A stretch of DNA of 64,000 nucleotides from Alphaproteobacteria bacterium. GTDB taxonomy: Bacteria > Pseudomonadota > Alphaproteobacteria > GCA-2731375. Every line of letters starts with the position of its first letter. Positions within the stretch are counted from its first letter, which is position 1. The notes under the pieces are model-generated. The model did no database searches and was not told where the DNA came from. It saw only the letters and a program-made list of their open reading frames with translations. Positions 49,184 to 58,280 of this stretch are shown in pieces. A program made the translations under genes and the position numbers. The stretch is taken from contig CBDDPY010000002.1 in assembly GCA_965232515.1 (NCBI GenBank), forward strand, positions 256,001 through 320,000, in the 5' to 3' direction.

Positions 49184-50788
49184 ATGACCTCAATGCACTC
49201 GTCGCGCCGCAGGGCGCTTACCGCCGCGGTCGCGCTGGCCGCCGCTATTTCCGCCGGTTTTCCGGCCATGGCCGAGATGGTCTATCACCGCGGCAACACG
49301 GCCGATCCGGAAACTTTGGATCAGCACAAGACCTCGACGATCTACGAATCGAACATCCTGCGCGATCTCTACGAGGGTCTGGTGATCTACGACGCCAAGG
49401 CCAATGTCGTCCCCGGCGTCGCCGAAAGCTGGGACGTCAGCGACGACGGCACCGTCTATACCTTCCGTCTTCGGGGCGATGCCAAATGGTCGAACGGGGA
49501 TCCGGTGACCGCGGGCGATTTCGTCTACTCCTTCCGCCGCATCCTGACGCCCGAGACCGGCGCGAAGTACGCCAACGTCCTCTATCCCATCGCCAACGCC
49601 GAGAAGGTGAACGGCGGCAAGCTGCCGCCAGAGGAGATCGGCGTCACGGCGCGCGACGACCGCACGCTGGAGATCCGGCTGGAATCGGCGACGCCCTATT
49701 TCCTGCATCTGATGACCCACCAGACCGGCTATCCGGTGCATCCGCCCAGTGTCGAGCAGCATGGGCCCGAATTCGTGCGTCCGGAAAACATCGTCAGCAA
49801 CGGCGCCTATATGCTGGTCGAGACCTTGCCGAACGCGCATGTGAAGGTGGTCAAGAACCCGAACTTCCACGCCGCCGACAGCGTCAAGATCGACACCGTC
49901 TACTTCTATCCGACCGAAGACCGGTCGGCCGCGCTGCGCCGGTTCCAGGCCGGCGAGCTGCATTCCAACAACGACGCGCCGGTCGAGCAGGCGGCCTGGA
50001 TGCGGGAGAATCTGGGCGGTCAGTTCCGCGTCGCGCCCTATCTCGGCAACTACTACTACGCCGTGAAGACCGACAAGGCGCCGTTCGACGACGTTCGCGT
50101 ACGCCAGGCGCTGTCCATGGCCATCGACCGCGAGTTCATCGCCGAGGAGATCTGGGGCGGCACCATGGTCGCTGGCTACAGCTTCGTGCCGCCCGGCATC
50201 GGCAATTACGACGAGCCGGCCTTCGCCGACTACAAGACGACATCGATGATCGACCGCGAGGACGCGGCTATCGCGCTTCTGAAGGAGGCGGGCTTCGGGC
50301 CGGACAAGCCGCTGAAAGTGGAGATCCGCTACAACACGTCGGAAAACCACAAGAACACGGCGCTCGCCATCGCCGACATGTGGCAGCCGCTCGGCGTCGA
50401 GGTCTCGCTGCTGAACTCGGACACCGCGACCCACTACGCGGTGCTGCGCGACAAGGGCGATTTCGATGTCGCGCGGGCCGGCTGGATCGGCGACTACAGC
50501 GATCCGCAGAACTTCCTGTTCATGGTCGAGAGCGACAATTCCGGCTTCAACTACGCGAACTACGACAATCCGGAATACGACGCGCTGATGGACCGGGCCG
50601 CGGCCGAGATCGATCTGAAGAAACGCGCCGCGATCCTGAAGCAGGCGGAAGCGATCTTCATGCGCGACCTGCCGTTTATCCCGCTCATGTATTACGGCTC
50701 GATCAGCCTGGTCTCCGACAAGCTCGTCGGCTGGGAAGACAACATTCAGAACGTGCACGCCAGCCGCTGGATGTCGATCAAGGAATAG
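49184..50788 (+). CDS. oppA: Oligopeptide ABC substrate-binding protein
   Basis: DPETLD, LYEGL, AKWSNGDPVTAGDF, NGAY, RAGWIGDY. Confidence 0.92.
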   Translation: MTSMHSSRRRALTAAVALAAAISAGFPAMAEMVYHRGNTADPETLDQHKTSTIYESNILRDLYEGLVIYDAKANVVPGVAESWDVSDDGTVYTFRLRGDAKWSNGDPVTAGDFVYSFRRILTPETGAKYANVLYPIANAEKVNGGKLPPEEIGVTARDDRTLEIRLESATPYFLHLMTHQTGYPVHPPSVEQHGPEFVRPENIVSNGAYMLVETLPNAHVKVVKNPNFHAADSVKIDTVYFYPTEDRSAALRRFQAGELHSNNDAPVEQAAWMRENLGGQFRVAPYLGNYYYAVKTDKAPFDDVRVRQALSMAIDREFIAEEIWGGTMVAGYSFVPPGIGNYDEPAFADYKTTSMIDREDAAIALLKEAGFGPDKPLKVEIRYNTSENHKNTALAIADMWQPLGVEVSLLNSDTATHYAVLRDKGDFDVARAGWIGDYSDPQNFLFMVESDNSGFNYANYDNPEYDALMDRAAAEIDLKKRAAILKQAEAIFMRDLPFIPLMYYGSISLVSDKLVGWEDNIQNVHASRWMSIKE

Positions 50789-50827
50789 TCGCGGCGGGCG
50801 AGGGGTGACGGCCCGGGCCGCCGCGTC

Positions 50828-51754
50828 GTGCTGAGCTATGCCGTGCGCCGGCTGCTCGGCGCGATCCCGACCCTGTTCCTGATCGTCACGGTCGCGTTCT
50901 TTCTCATCCGCGTCGCGCCCGGCGGTCCGTTCGATCTGGAACGGCCGCTCGAGGCGCAGGTGATGGCGAACCTGCTCAAGGTCTATCACCTGGACAAGCC
51001 GCTCTGGCAGCAATACCTGCTCTACGTCCAGAACCTGTTGCAGGGCAATCTCGGTCCCAGCTTCATCTACCGCGACTTCTCCGTCGCCGAGCTGTTTGCG
51101 CGGGGCCTGCCGGTGTCAATCCAGCTCGGCGGGGCCGCTTTGCTGCTGGCGTTGTGCCTCGGCACGGCGCTCGGCACCGTCGCCGCCCTGCGCCAGAACC
51201 GGCCGACGGACTATTCGGTCATGGCCGTCGCCATGATCGGCATTACCATCCCGAACTTCGTCATGGCGCCGGTGCTGACGCTGGTCTTCGCGCTCTATCT
51301 CGATTTGCTACCGGCCGGCGGCTGGGGCGGCGGCGCCATGCTGAACAAACTGTTGCCGGTATTCACCCTCGCGCTGCCGCAGATCGCGGTCATCGCGCGG
51401 CTCACCCGCGGCAGCATGATCGAGGCATTGCGGTCGAACCATGTCCGCACGGCCCGCGCCAACGGCCTGCCGGCGCATGTCGTGGTGGTCGGGCATGCCT
51501 TGCGCGGCGCGCTCCTGCCGGTCGTCTCCTATCTCGGACCGGCCGCCGCCGCGCTGCTCACCGGCTCCGTCGTCATCGAGACGATCTTCGGCATCCCCGG
51601 CATCGGCCGCTACTTCGTGCAGGGCGCCTTGAACCGCGACTACACGCTGGTCATGGGCACGGTGGTGGTCATCGCCTGCTTCGTCGTGCTGTTCAATCTG
51701 CTGGTCGATCTGGCCTATGCCGTGCTCGACCCGCGCGTGCGCTTCCGGGACTGA
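50828..51754 (+). CDS. oppB: Oligopeptide ABC permease
   Basis: APGGPF, LGPSF, RTARANGL, ETIFGIPGIG, NRDY, LDPR. Confidence 0.93.
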   Translation: MLSYAVRRLLGAIPTLFLIVTVAFFLIRVAPGGPFDLERPLEAQVMANLLKVYHLDKPLWQQYLLYVQNLLQGNLGPSFIYRDFSVAELFARGLPVSIQLGGAALLLALCLGTALGTVAALRQNRPTDYSVMAVAMIGITIPNFVMAPVLTLVFALYLDLLPAGGWGGGAMLNKLLPVFTLALPQIAVIARLTRGSMIEALRSNHVRTARANGLPAHVVVVGHALRGALLPVVSYLGPAAAALLTGSVVIETIFGIPGIGRYFVQGALNRDYTLVMGTVVVIACFVVLFNLLVDLAYAVLDPRVRFRD

Positions 51755-51759
51755 CGGAC

Positions 51760-52875
51760 ATGGCCGTCACCCTCGACATGCCGTCCGCCGGCCGCTCGCT
51801 CTGGGGCGATGCCTGGCTGCGATTGCGGGCGAACCGGGCGGCGATGACCAGTATCGTCCTGCTGGCGCTGATGACGGTTGTCTGCATCGTCGGTCCCTGG
51901 CTGTCGCCGCACGGCCACGACCAGGTTTACCGCGACTACGTCAAGGTGCCGGCGAGCCTCGAAGCTTATCCGCGCGCCGATGCGGTCCGGCCGGCCGTCG
52001 AACGCGCCCTGCGCCGGGCGCGGGCTGACATCGAGGCTATCGGGATCGGCGACGACAACGTCACCGTCACGCTGACTGCCCGCCGCGCCATCGACGAGCG
52101 AATTACCCGCTATCTCGACCGCGCCAACCTGTTCGATAACGCCCAGGTCGTCGAGCGCGGCGACGACGGCCTGCGCATGGTGCTGAGCGCCGACATCGAT
52201 CGCAAGCGCTTCCTCTTCGGTACCGACGCCAACGGCCGCGATCTGTTTACGCGGACGCTGATCGCCGGCCGCATCTCTCTGATGATCGGCCTGCTCGCGA
52301 CCGGTGTCGCGCTCGTCATCGGCGTCAGCTACGGCGCGGTCTCCGGCTATCTCGGCGGCCGGGTCGACGCGGCCATGATGCGTCTGGTCGATGTGCTTTA
52401 CGCGCTGCCGTTCATGTTCTTCGTGATCCTGCTGGTGGTGTTCTTCGGCCGCAGCATTGTCTTGATGTTCATTGCCGTCGGCGCCATCGAATGGCTCGAC
52501 ATGGCCCGCATCGTCCGCGGCCAGACCCTGTCGATCAAGCGTCAGGAATATGTCCAGGCCGCGCAGGCGCTCGGCGTCGACACGTTCGGCATGCTGAAGC
52601 GCCATGTCGTGCCAAACACGCTCGGACCCGTCGTTGTCTTCATGACGCTCATGGTGCCGAAGGTGATCCTGCTCGAGAGCTTCCTCAGCTTCCTCGGCCT
52701 CGGCGTCCAGGAACCGATGACCAGTTGGGGCGTGCTGATTGCCGAGGGCGCGCGCAACATCCAGGGCGCCGCCTGGCTGTTGATCTTCCCCTCGGCTTTC
52801 CTTGCCGTCACGCTGTTCTGCCTCAACTTCATCGGCGACGGCCTGCGCGACGCGCTCGACCCGAAGGATCGCTGA
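51760..52875 (+). CDS. oppC: Oligopeptide ABC permease
   Basis: SLWGDAW, FGTDANGRD, ARIVRGQ, ESFLSFLGLG, GDGLRDALDP. Confidence 0.93.
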   Translation: MAVTLDMPSAGRSLWGDAWLRLRANRAAMTSIVLLALMTVVCIVGPWLSPHGHDQVYRDYVKVPASLEAYPRADAVRPAVERALRRARADIEAIGIGDDNVTVTLTARRAIDERITRYLDRANLFDNAQVVERGDDGLRMVLSADIDRKRFLFGTDANGRDLFTRTLIAGRISLMIGLLATGVALVIGVSYGAVSGYLGGRVDAAMMRLVDVLYALPFMFFVILLVVFFGRSIVLMFIAVGAIEWLDMARIVRGQTLSIKRQEYVQAAQALGVDTFGMLKRHVVPNTLGPVVVFMTLMVPKVILLESFLSFLGLGVQEPMTSWGVLIAEGARNIQGAAWLLIFPSAFLAVTLFCLNFIGDGLRDALDPKDR

Positions 52876-52882
52876 GCGCGGC

Positions 52883-54511
52883 ATGCCCGACGAATCCCCG
52901 GTCCTTGAGATTTCTGATCTGCATGTCCGCTTCGACACGCCGGACGGCGAGGTGCATGCCGTGCGCGGCGTTGACATCCGTGTCGAGCCGGGCGAGACCG
53001 TGGCCGTGGTCGGCGAGTCCGGCTCCGGCAAGAGCCAGATCATGATGGCGGTGATGGGCCTGCTGGCGGCGAACGGCCGCGCCGAGGGCAGGGTGCGCTA
53101 CCGCGACACCGAACTGCTCGGCCTGCCGCCGCGCGCGCTCAACCGTTATCGCGGCGACAAGATCTCGATGATCTTCCAGGAGCCGATGACCTCGCTCGAC
53201 CCGCTCTACCGCATCGAGCGCCAGATCGCCGAGCCGTTGATGCACCACCGGGGCCTGTCGCGCACCGAGGCGCGGCCGCGCGTGCTGGAGCTGCTTGAGC
53301 TTGTCGGCATCCCCGACGCGGAACATCGCCTGCGCGCCTATCCGCACGAGCTTTCCGGCGGCCAGCGTCAGCGGGTGATGATCGCCATGGCGCTCGCCAA
53401 CGAACCCGACATCCTGATCGCCGACGAGCCGACGACGGCGCTCGACGTCACCATCCAGGCGCAAATCCTGGAATTGCTGGCCGACCTGCAGCGCCGCTTC
53501 GGCATGGCCATCGTCTTCATCACCCACGACCTCGGCATCGTCCGCCGCTTCGCTGCGCGCGTCTACGTGATGCACCAGGGCAGGGTGGTCGAGGAGGGCC
53601 GCACCAGGCAAATCTTCGACCGGCCGCGCGAGGCCTATACGCGGATGCTGCTCGCCGCCGAGCCCGAGGGCACCAAGCCGCCGGTGCCGGTGAGCGCGCC
53701 GGCGTTGCTCGAAGGCGAGGACTTGCGCGTCACCTTTCGCATCGGCCACGGCCTGTTCGGCCGCCGCCAACGGCAGCTCAAGGCCGTCGACGGTGTCAGC
53801 TTGCGCCTGCGGCGCGGCCAGACCATCGGCGTGGTCGGCGAGTCCGGCTCCGGCAAATCGACGCTGGGCCGGGCCCTGCTGCGGTTGGTCGACAGCCAGG
53901 GCGCGATCAGTTTCGATGCCCAGGACATCCAGGGCCGGGATCGCCGGCATATGCGTCCGCTCCGGCGCGAATTGCAACTGGTGTTCCAGGACCCCTACGG
54001 CTCGCTCAGCCCGCGCCTGACGGTCGGCCAGATCGTCACCGAGGGTCTGCTGGTGCACGCCCCCGAACTCGACGCCGCCGAACGCGACCGCCGCGCCTGT
54101 GCGGCGCTGGAGGAAGTCCAGCTCGATCCCGCCATGCGCAACCGCTACCCCCACGAATTCTCCGGCGGCCAGCGTCAGCGTATCGCCATCGCCCGCGCGC
54201 TCATCCTGAAACCCAAGGTGATCGTGCTGGACGAGCCGACCTCGGCCCTCGACCGCTCGGTGCAGAAACAGATCGTCAACCTGCTGCGCGACCTGCAGGC
54301 GGCGCACGGCCTGTCCTACATCTTCATCAGCCACGACCTCGCCGTGGTCCGGGCCATGGCCGACGAGGTCATCGTCATGAAGGACGGCCGTGTCGTCGAG
54401 CACGGCACCGCCGACGCCGTCTTCGCCGCCCCCCGCGCCGCCTACACGCAAGCCTTGCTCGCCGCCGCCTTCGACCTCACCACCACCGACCGCAGCGCCG
54501 CCGCGACGTGA
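52883..54511 (+). CDS. Fused double-domain oligopeptide ABC ATPase (OppD/F)
   Basis: Two GESGSGKS Walker A motifs, [12 protein letters not shown] and [12 protein letters not shown]. Confidence 0.93.
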   Translation: MPDESPVLEISDLHVRFDTPDGEVHAVRGVDIRVEPGETVAVVGESGSGKSQIMMAVMGLLAANGRAEGRVRYRDTELLGLPPRALNRYRGDKISMIFQEPMTSLDPLYRIERQIAEPLMHHRGLSRTEARPRVLELLELVGIPDAEHRLRAYPHELSGGQRQRVMIAMALANEPDILIADEPTTALDVTIQAQILELLADLQRRFGMAIVFITHDLGIVRRFAARVYVMHQGRVVEEGRTRQIFDRPREAYTRMLLAAEPEGTKPPVPVSAPALLEGEDLRVTFRIGHGLFGRRQRQLKAVDGVSLRLRRGQTIGVVGESGSGKSTLGRALLRLVDSQGAISFDAQDIQGRDRRHMRPLRRELQLVFQDPYGSLSPRLTVGQIVTEGLLVHAPELDAAERDRRACAALEEVQLDPAMRNRYPHEFSGGQRQRIAIARALILKPKVIVLDEPTSALDRSVQKQIVNLLRDLQAAHGLSYIFISHDLAVVRAMADEVIVMKDGRVVEHGTADAVFAAPRAAYTQALLAAAFDLTTTDRSAAAT

Positions 54512-54570
54512 GGCGGTCCCTCACGCGTCGTCATGCTTCGAGACGGGTCCTTCGGACCCTCCTCAGGATG

Positions 54571-55745
54571 GAGACCTTTGCACGGTTTTGGGAAGCGTGA
54601 TTCACTGACGGTATAGGGGCTGTCGGTGAGGGTTTGAGATGTCTCGCAAGCGTGTTGGTCAGCTGGGGTTTGAGGACGCGGTTGTCGAGGCGCGGCTTGG
54701 CGCTCGGTTCGATCGGCTGTCGAAGATCAATGATCTTGTGGACTGGCGGCCGTTTGAGGCGCTGCTGGAGGGGCTTTATCCGTCGCGTCGGGGCGAGCCG
54801 TCTTATCCGGCGCTGATCATGTTCAAGGTGCTGCTGTTGCAGCGCTGGTACAATCTGTCGGATCCGATGATGGAGGAGGCGTTGGCGGACCGGATCTCGT
54901 TCCGTCGGTTTGTCGGTCTGAGCCTGAGCGATCCGGTTCCCGATCACTCGACGATCCACCGTTTCCGGGACCGTCTACGCGGGGCGGCGCGTCTTGAGGC
55001 GCTGATGGGGGAGTTGTCGCGTCAGCTCGAAGCGCACCAGGTCGTGCTCAAACAAGGCACGTTGATTGATGCCAGCCTGGTGAGCAGCGCGGCGCGGCGG
55101 CCTCGGATCAAGGAAGGCCGGACCAGCCGGACCGATCCGGATGCGCGCTTTGGCACCAACAACGAGCGCCGGCGCTATAGCTTTGGCTACAAGCTGCATG
55201 TGGCCGTGGATCAGGGCTCGGCGCTGATCCGCGGCCTGTTTCTGACGCCGGTCAATCGCCAGGAGATCGACTTTGCCGCCGATTTGGTTCAGGGCGACGA
55301 GCAGGCCGTCTATGCCGACCGTGGTTATGACGCCCGGCGCCTGCGCGATCATCTGGCGGCGCTCGGCATCGCCGACGGGGTCATGCGCCATGCCCGTAAA
55401 GGCAGGCCGCTCAACGCCGAAGAGACCGCCCGGAACCACCGGCTGGTGGCCCGGCGCCGACCGGTCGAGAAGATCTTCGGCACCCTCAAACGAAGCTACC
55501 GCCTCAGCCGCCTGCCGCATTTCAGCCAAGCACGCAACGAAGTCACCGTCACGCTCGCCTGTTTCGCCTACAACCTGCGACGCCTCGCCGTCCTCTGCGC
55601 AACTTGAGGCCGCTCGATATCGACCTCATCGACAGCAAACAGGCCTCAAGCCGGTCAGCGGCTCGAAAACAGGCGCGATCGCCGCTAACAACCCAGCGCC
55701 AAGCTCGAACATAGCGACAAACAACACCTACCGTGCAAAGGTCTC
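54571..55745 (+). mobile_element. IS5-family insertion sequence (about 1.18 kb)
   Basis: Perfect 16-bp TIRs GAGACCTTTGCACGGT / ACCGTGCAAAGGTCTC (extendable by TG/CA to 18 bp) flanking one transposase ORF. Confidence 0.93.
54639..55607 (+). CDS. IS5 family DDE transposase (DUF772 + DDE_Tnp_1)
   Basis: LLLQRWYNLSD, SFRRFVGL, PDHSTI.RFR, IDAS, FGYKLHV, YADRGY, R..VEKIFG.LKR, AYNL. Confidence 0.95.
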   Translation: MSRKRVGQLGFEDAVVEARLGARFDRLSKINDLVDWRPFEALLEGLYPSRRGEPSYPALIMFKVLLLQRWYNLSDPMMEEALADRISFRRFVGLSLSDPVPDHSTIHRFRDRLRGAARLEALMGELSRQLEAHQVVLKQGTLIDASLVSSAARRPRIKEGRTSRTDPDARFGTNNERRRYSFGYKLHVAVDQGSALIRGLFLTPVNRQEIDFAADLVQGDEQAVYADRGYDARRLRDHLAALGIADGVMRHARKGRPLNAEETARNHRLVARRRPVEKIFGTLKRSYRLSRLPHFSQARNEVTVTLACFAYNLRRLAVLCAT

Positions 55746-55826
55746 CAGCATGAGGCTAGAGAGCACATTGTACGGCCTCACCCTGAGGAGAAGCCGAAGG
55801 CTTCGTCTCGAAGGGTGGAAACGGTG

Positions 55827-57449
55827 TCAGGTCCGCCGGTCCTCCCGGATCATGTCGGCGGCTTTTTCGGCGATCATGATCACCGGCGCGTTGGTGTTGC
55901 CCGAGGTAATGGTCGGCATCACCGAGGCGTCGACCACGCGCAGGCCGTCGAGGCCGTGCACCTTGAGCCGCGCGTCGACCACGGCCATGTCGTCGTCGCC
56001 CATCCTGGCCGTGCCGACGGGATGGAAGATCGTTGTCCCGACGTCGCCGGCGGCTTTCGCAAGTTCCTCGTCGCTGCTGTATTCGATGCCGGGCTTGAAC
56101 TCCTCGGGCCGGAAGCGCGCCATCGCCGGCGCGGCGCAGATCGACCGCGTCAGCTTGATGGCATCCGCAGCCACCTGCCGGTCCGCCGGTGCCGAAAGAT
56201 AATTCGGCCGGATCGCCGGCGGCGCCAACGAGTCCGGGCTCTTGATCCGGATCGAGCCGCGGCTCTCGGGGCGTAGATTGCAGACCGAGGCCGTGAAAGC
56301 GGGGAAGGGGTGCAGTGGCTCGCCGAACTTCTCCAGGCTCAGCGGCTGCACGTGATATTCCAGGTTCGGCGTCTCGCGCGACGCGTCCGATTTGGCGAAG
56401 GCGCCGAGCTGGCTCGGCGCCATGGTCAGCGGCCCGCGCTTGAACAGGAAGTATTCCAGCCCCATGCCGACCTTGCCGATCAGGCTGTTCGCGCGCTCGT
56501 TCAGCGTTTGCGTGTTCTGGACCTTGTAGGCGAGACGGATCTGCAGATGGTCCTGCAGGTTCTCGCCGACGCCTTTCAGGGCGTGCACCACCGGGATGCC
56601 GAATTCCTGCAGCAGCTCGCCCGGCCCGACGCCCGAGAGCTGCAGTAGTTGCGGCGAGCCGACCGCGCCGCTCGCCAGGATCACCTCGCGCCGGGCGGTC
56701 ACATGCTTGTCGGCGCCCTTCTGCGCAATTTCGACGCCGCTCGCGCGCCGGCCGTCGAACGTGATCCGCTTCGCCTGCGCATGCGTCATCACGGTGAGAT
56801 TGCCGCGGTCGCGCACCGGCTTCAGGAACGCCGTCGCCGTGCTCCAGCGCACACCGCTCTTCTGGTTCACCTGGAAATAGCCGCAGCCCTCGTTGTTGCC
56901 GCGGTTGAAATCGTCCGTGTTGGGGATGCCGACCTCGGCCGCCGCGGCGCGAAAGGCGTCCAGGATCTCCCAGCTCAGCCGCATCTCCTCGACCCGCCAC
57001 TCGCCGCCCGCGCCGTGCAGGTCGTCGGCGCCGTGGCTGTAGTCTTCCGAGCGCCTGAAGTAGGGCAGCACGTCGTCCCAGCCCCAGCCGGCATTGCCGA
57101 GCTGCCGCCACTGGTCGTAGTCGCGGGCCTGGCCGCGCATGTAGATCATGCCGTTGATCGACGAGCAGCCGCCCAGCACCCGGCCGCGCGGATAAGCGAG
57201 CGCCCGGCCGTTCAGACCGTCCTCTGCCTCGGTCTGGAAGCACCAGTCCGTCCGCGGGTTGTTCATGGTGTAGAGGTAGCCGATCGGCACGTGGATCCAG
57301 AAATAGTTGTCCTTGCCGCCGGCCTCCAGCAGCAGGACGCTGACATCCGGATCGGCCGACAGCCGGTTCGCCAGCACGCAACCGGCCGACCCGGCGCCCA
57401 CGATTATGTAATCGAAGGCGCCGAGCGTGTTGTCCGCTTCGGCCGCCAC
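55827..57449 (-). CDS. GMC oxidoreductase (choline dehydrogenase-like)
   Basis: GAGSAGCVLANRL, RGRVLGGCSSINGMIYMRGQ, GENLQDHL, FHPVGT, SGNTNAP. Confidence 0.93.
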   Translation of the reverse strand: MAAEADNTLGAFDYIIVGAGSAGCVLANRLSADPDVSVLLLEAGGKDNYFWIHVPIGYLYTMNNPRTDWCFQTEAEDGLNGRALAYPRGRVLGGCSSINGMIYMRGQARDYDQWRQLGNAGWGWDDVLPYFRRSEDYSHGADDLHGAGGEWRVEEMRLSWEILDAFRAAAAEVGIPNTDDFNRGNNEGCGYFQVNQKSGVRWSTATAFLKPVRDRGNLTVMTHAQAKRITFDGRRASGVEIAQKGADKHVTARREVILASGAVGSPQLLQLSGVGPGELLQEFGIPVVHALKGVGENLQDHLQIRLAYKVQNTQTLNERANSLIGKVGMGLEYFLFKRGPLTMAPSQLGAFAKSDASRETPNLEYHVQPLSLEKFGEPLHPFPAFTASVCNLRPESRGSIRIKSPDSLAPPAIRPNYLSAPADRQVAADAIKLTRSICAAPAMARFRPEEFKPGIEYSSDEELAKAAGDVGTTIFHPVGTARMGDDDMAVVDARLKVHGLDGLRVVDASVMPTITSGNTNAPVIMIAEKAADMIREDRRT

Positions 57450-57455
57450 GTGCGT

Positions 57456-58277
57456 CTAGAAGCTCGCCAGCGTGGCGTTGCGCAGGTCGGTCACCAGCAT
57501 GCAGGCCGGCGTGTGCGAGATGGCGATCGGCGGCTTGGCCTGCTCGACCGCCACTTGCGGCGTGATGCCGCAGGCCCAGAACAGCGGCAGCTCGTCGTCG
57601 CGGACGTCGACCTTGCCGCACTGCCAGGGGTCGTTCACGTCGATACCGATCTGTTCGGGCTTGCCGATATGCACCGGCGCGCCGTGCACGTTCGGAAAGC
57701 GGCTGGTGATCTGGATCGCGCGGATCGCGTCGGCGGGTTTGAACGGCCGCATCGACACCACCATCTTGCCGCTGAAACGGCCGGCCGGCTTGCAATCGAT
57801 GCCGCTCCGATAGACGGGCACGGTCTCGCCGCTGTCGATATGCCTGAGCGGCAGGCCGGCATCCAGCAATGCGCCCTCGAACGACAGCGAGCAACCCATG
57901 GCGAAGGCGACCATGTCGTCCTGCCAGAGGTGACGGATGTCGGGCACGTCTTCGACGTACTCGCCGTCGCGGAACACGCGATAGCTCGGCACGTCGGTGC
58001 GGATGTCGAGATCGGCGGCGAGATCCGGCAGGCGCGGATCGCCGGGCTCGCTCATGGCCAGCAGCGGGCAGGGCTTGGGGTTGCGCTGACAGAAGCGGGC
58101 GAACTCGTCGGCATAGTCCTTCGGCAGGATCGCCACGTTGGCATGCACATAGCCCAGCGCAACGCCGCCGGTATGCTCGGTAAAGTCGCCGGCGCGGATC
58201 ACCTGCCGCATGGCGACGGGATCGTCCAGGTCCCAACTGGCGTCGTCCCGGCGCGCCTCCATCAAGGCCATGGCCAT
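57456..58277 (-). CDS. DUF1445 putative hydro-lyase (D-glutamate cyclase/YcsI-like)
   Basis: [51 protein letters not shown]. Confidence 0.9.
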   Translation of the reverse strand: MAMALMEARRDDASWDLDDPVAMRQVIRAGDFTEHTGGVALGYVHANVAILPKDYADEFARFCQRNPKPCPLLAMSEPGDPRLPDLAADLDIRTDVPSYRVFRDGEYVEDVPDIRHLWQDDMVAFAMGCSLSFEGALLDAGLPLRHIDSGETVPVYRSGIDCKPAGRFSGKMVVSMRPFKPADAIRAIQITSRFPNVHGAPVHIGKPEQIGIDVNDPWQCGKVDVRDDELPLFWACGITPQVAVEQAKPPIAISHTPACMLVTDLRNATLASF

Positions 58278-58280
58278 CGT

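Larger units (their letters stand above)
54533..55816. repeat. REP-like doublet, family B, interrupted by the IS
   Basis: Left ATGCTTCGAGACG-GGTCCTTCGGACC-CTCCTCAGGATG (54533-54570); right CAGCATGAGG...CCTCACCCTGAGGAG-AAGCCGAAGGCTT-CGTCTCGAAGGGT (55746-55816); same layout as 34141-34245. Confidence 0.85.

Noticed and set aside
51930-52210. Long insertion in OppC as an intein or frameshift
   Set aside because: The frame is open, there are no intein terminal motifs, and an enlarged periplasmic loop is an ordinary OppC variation.
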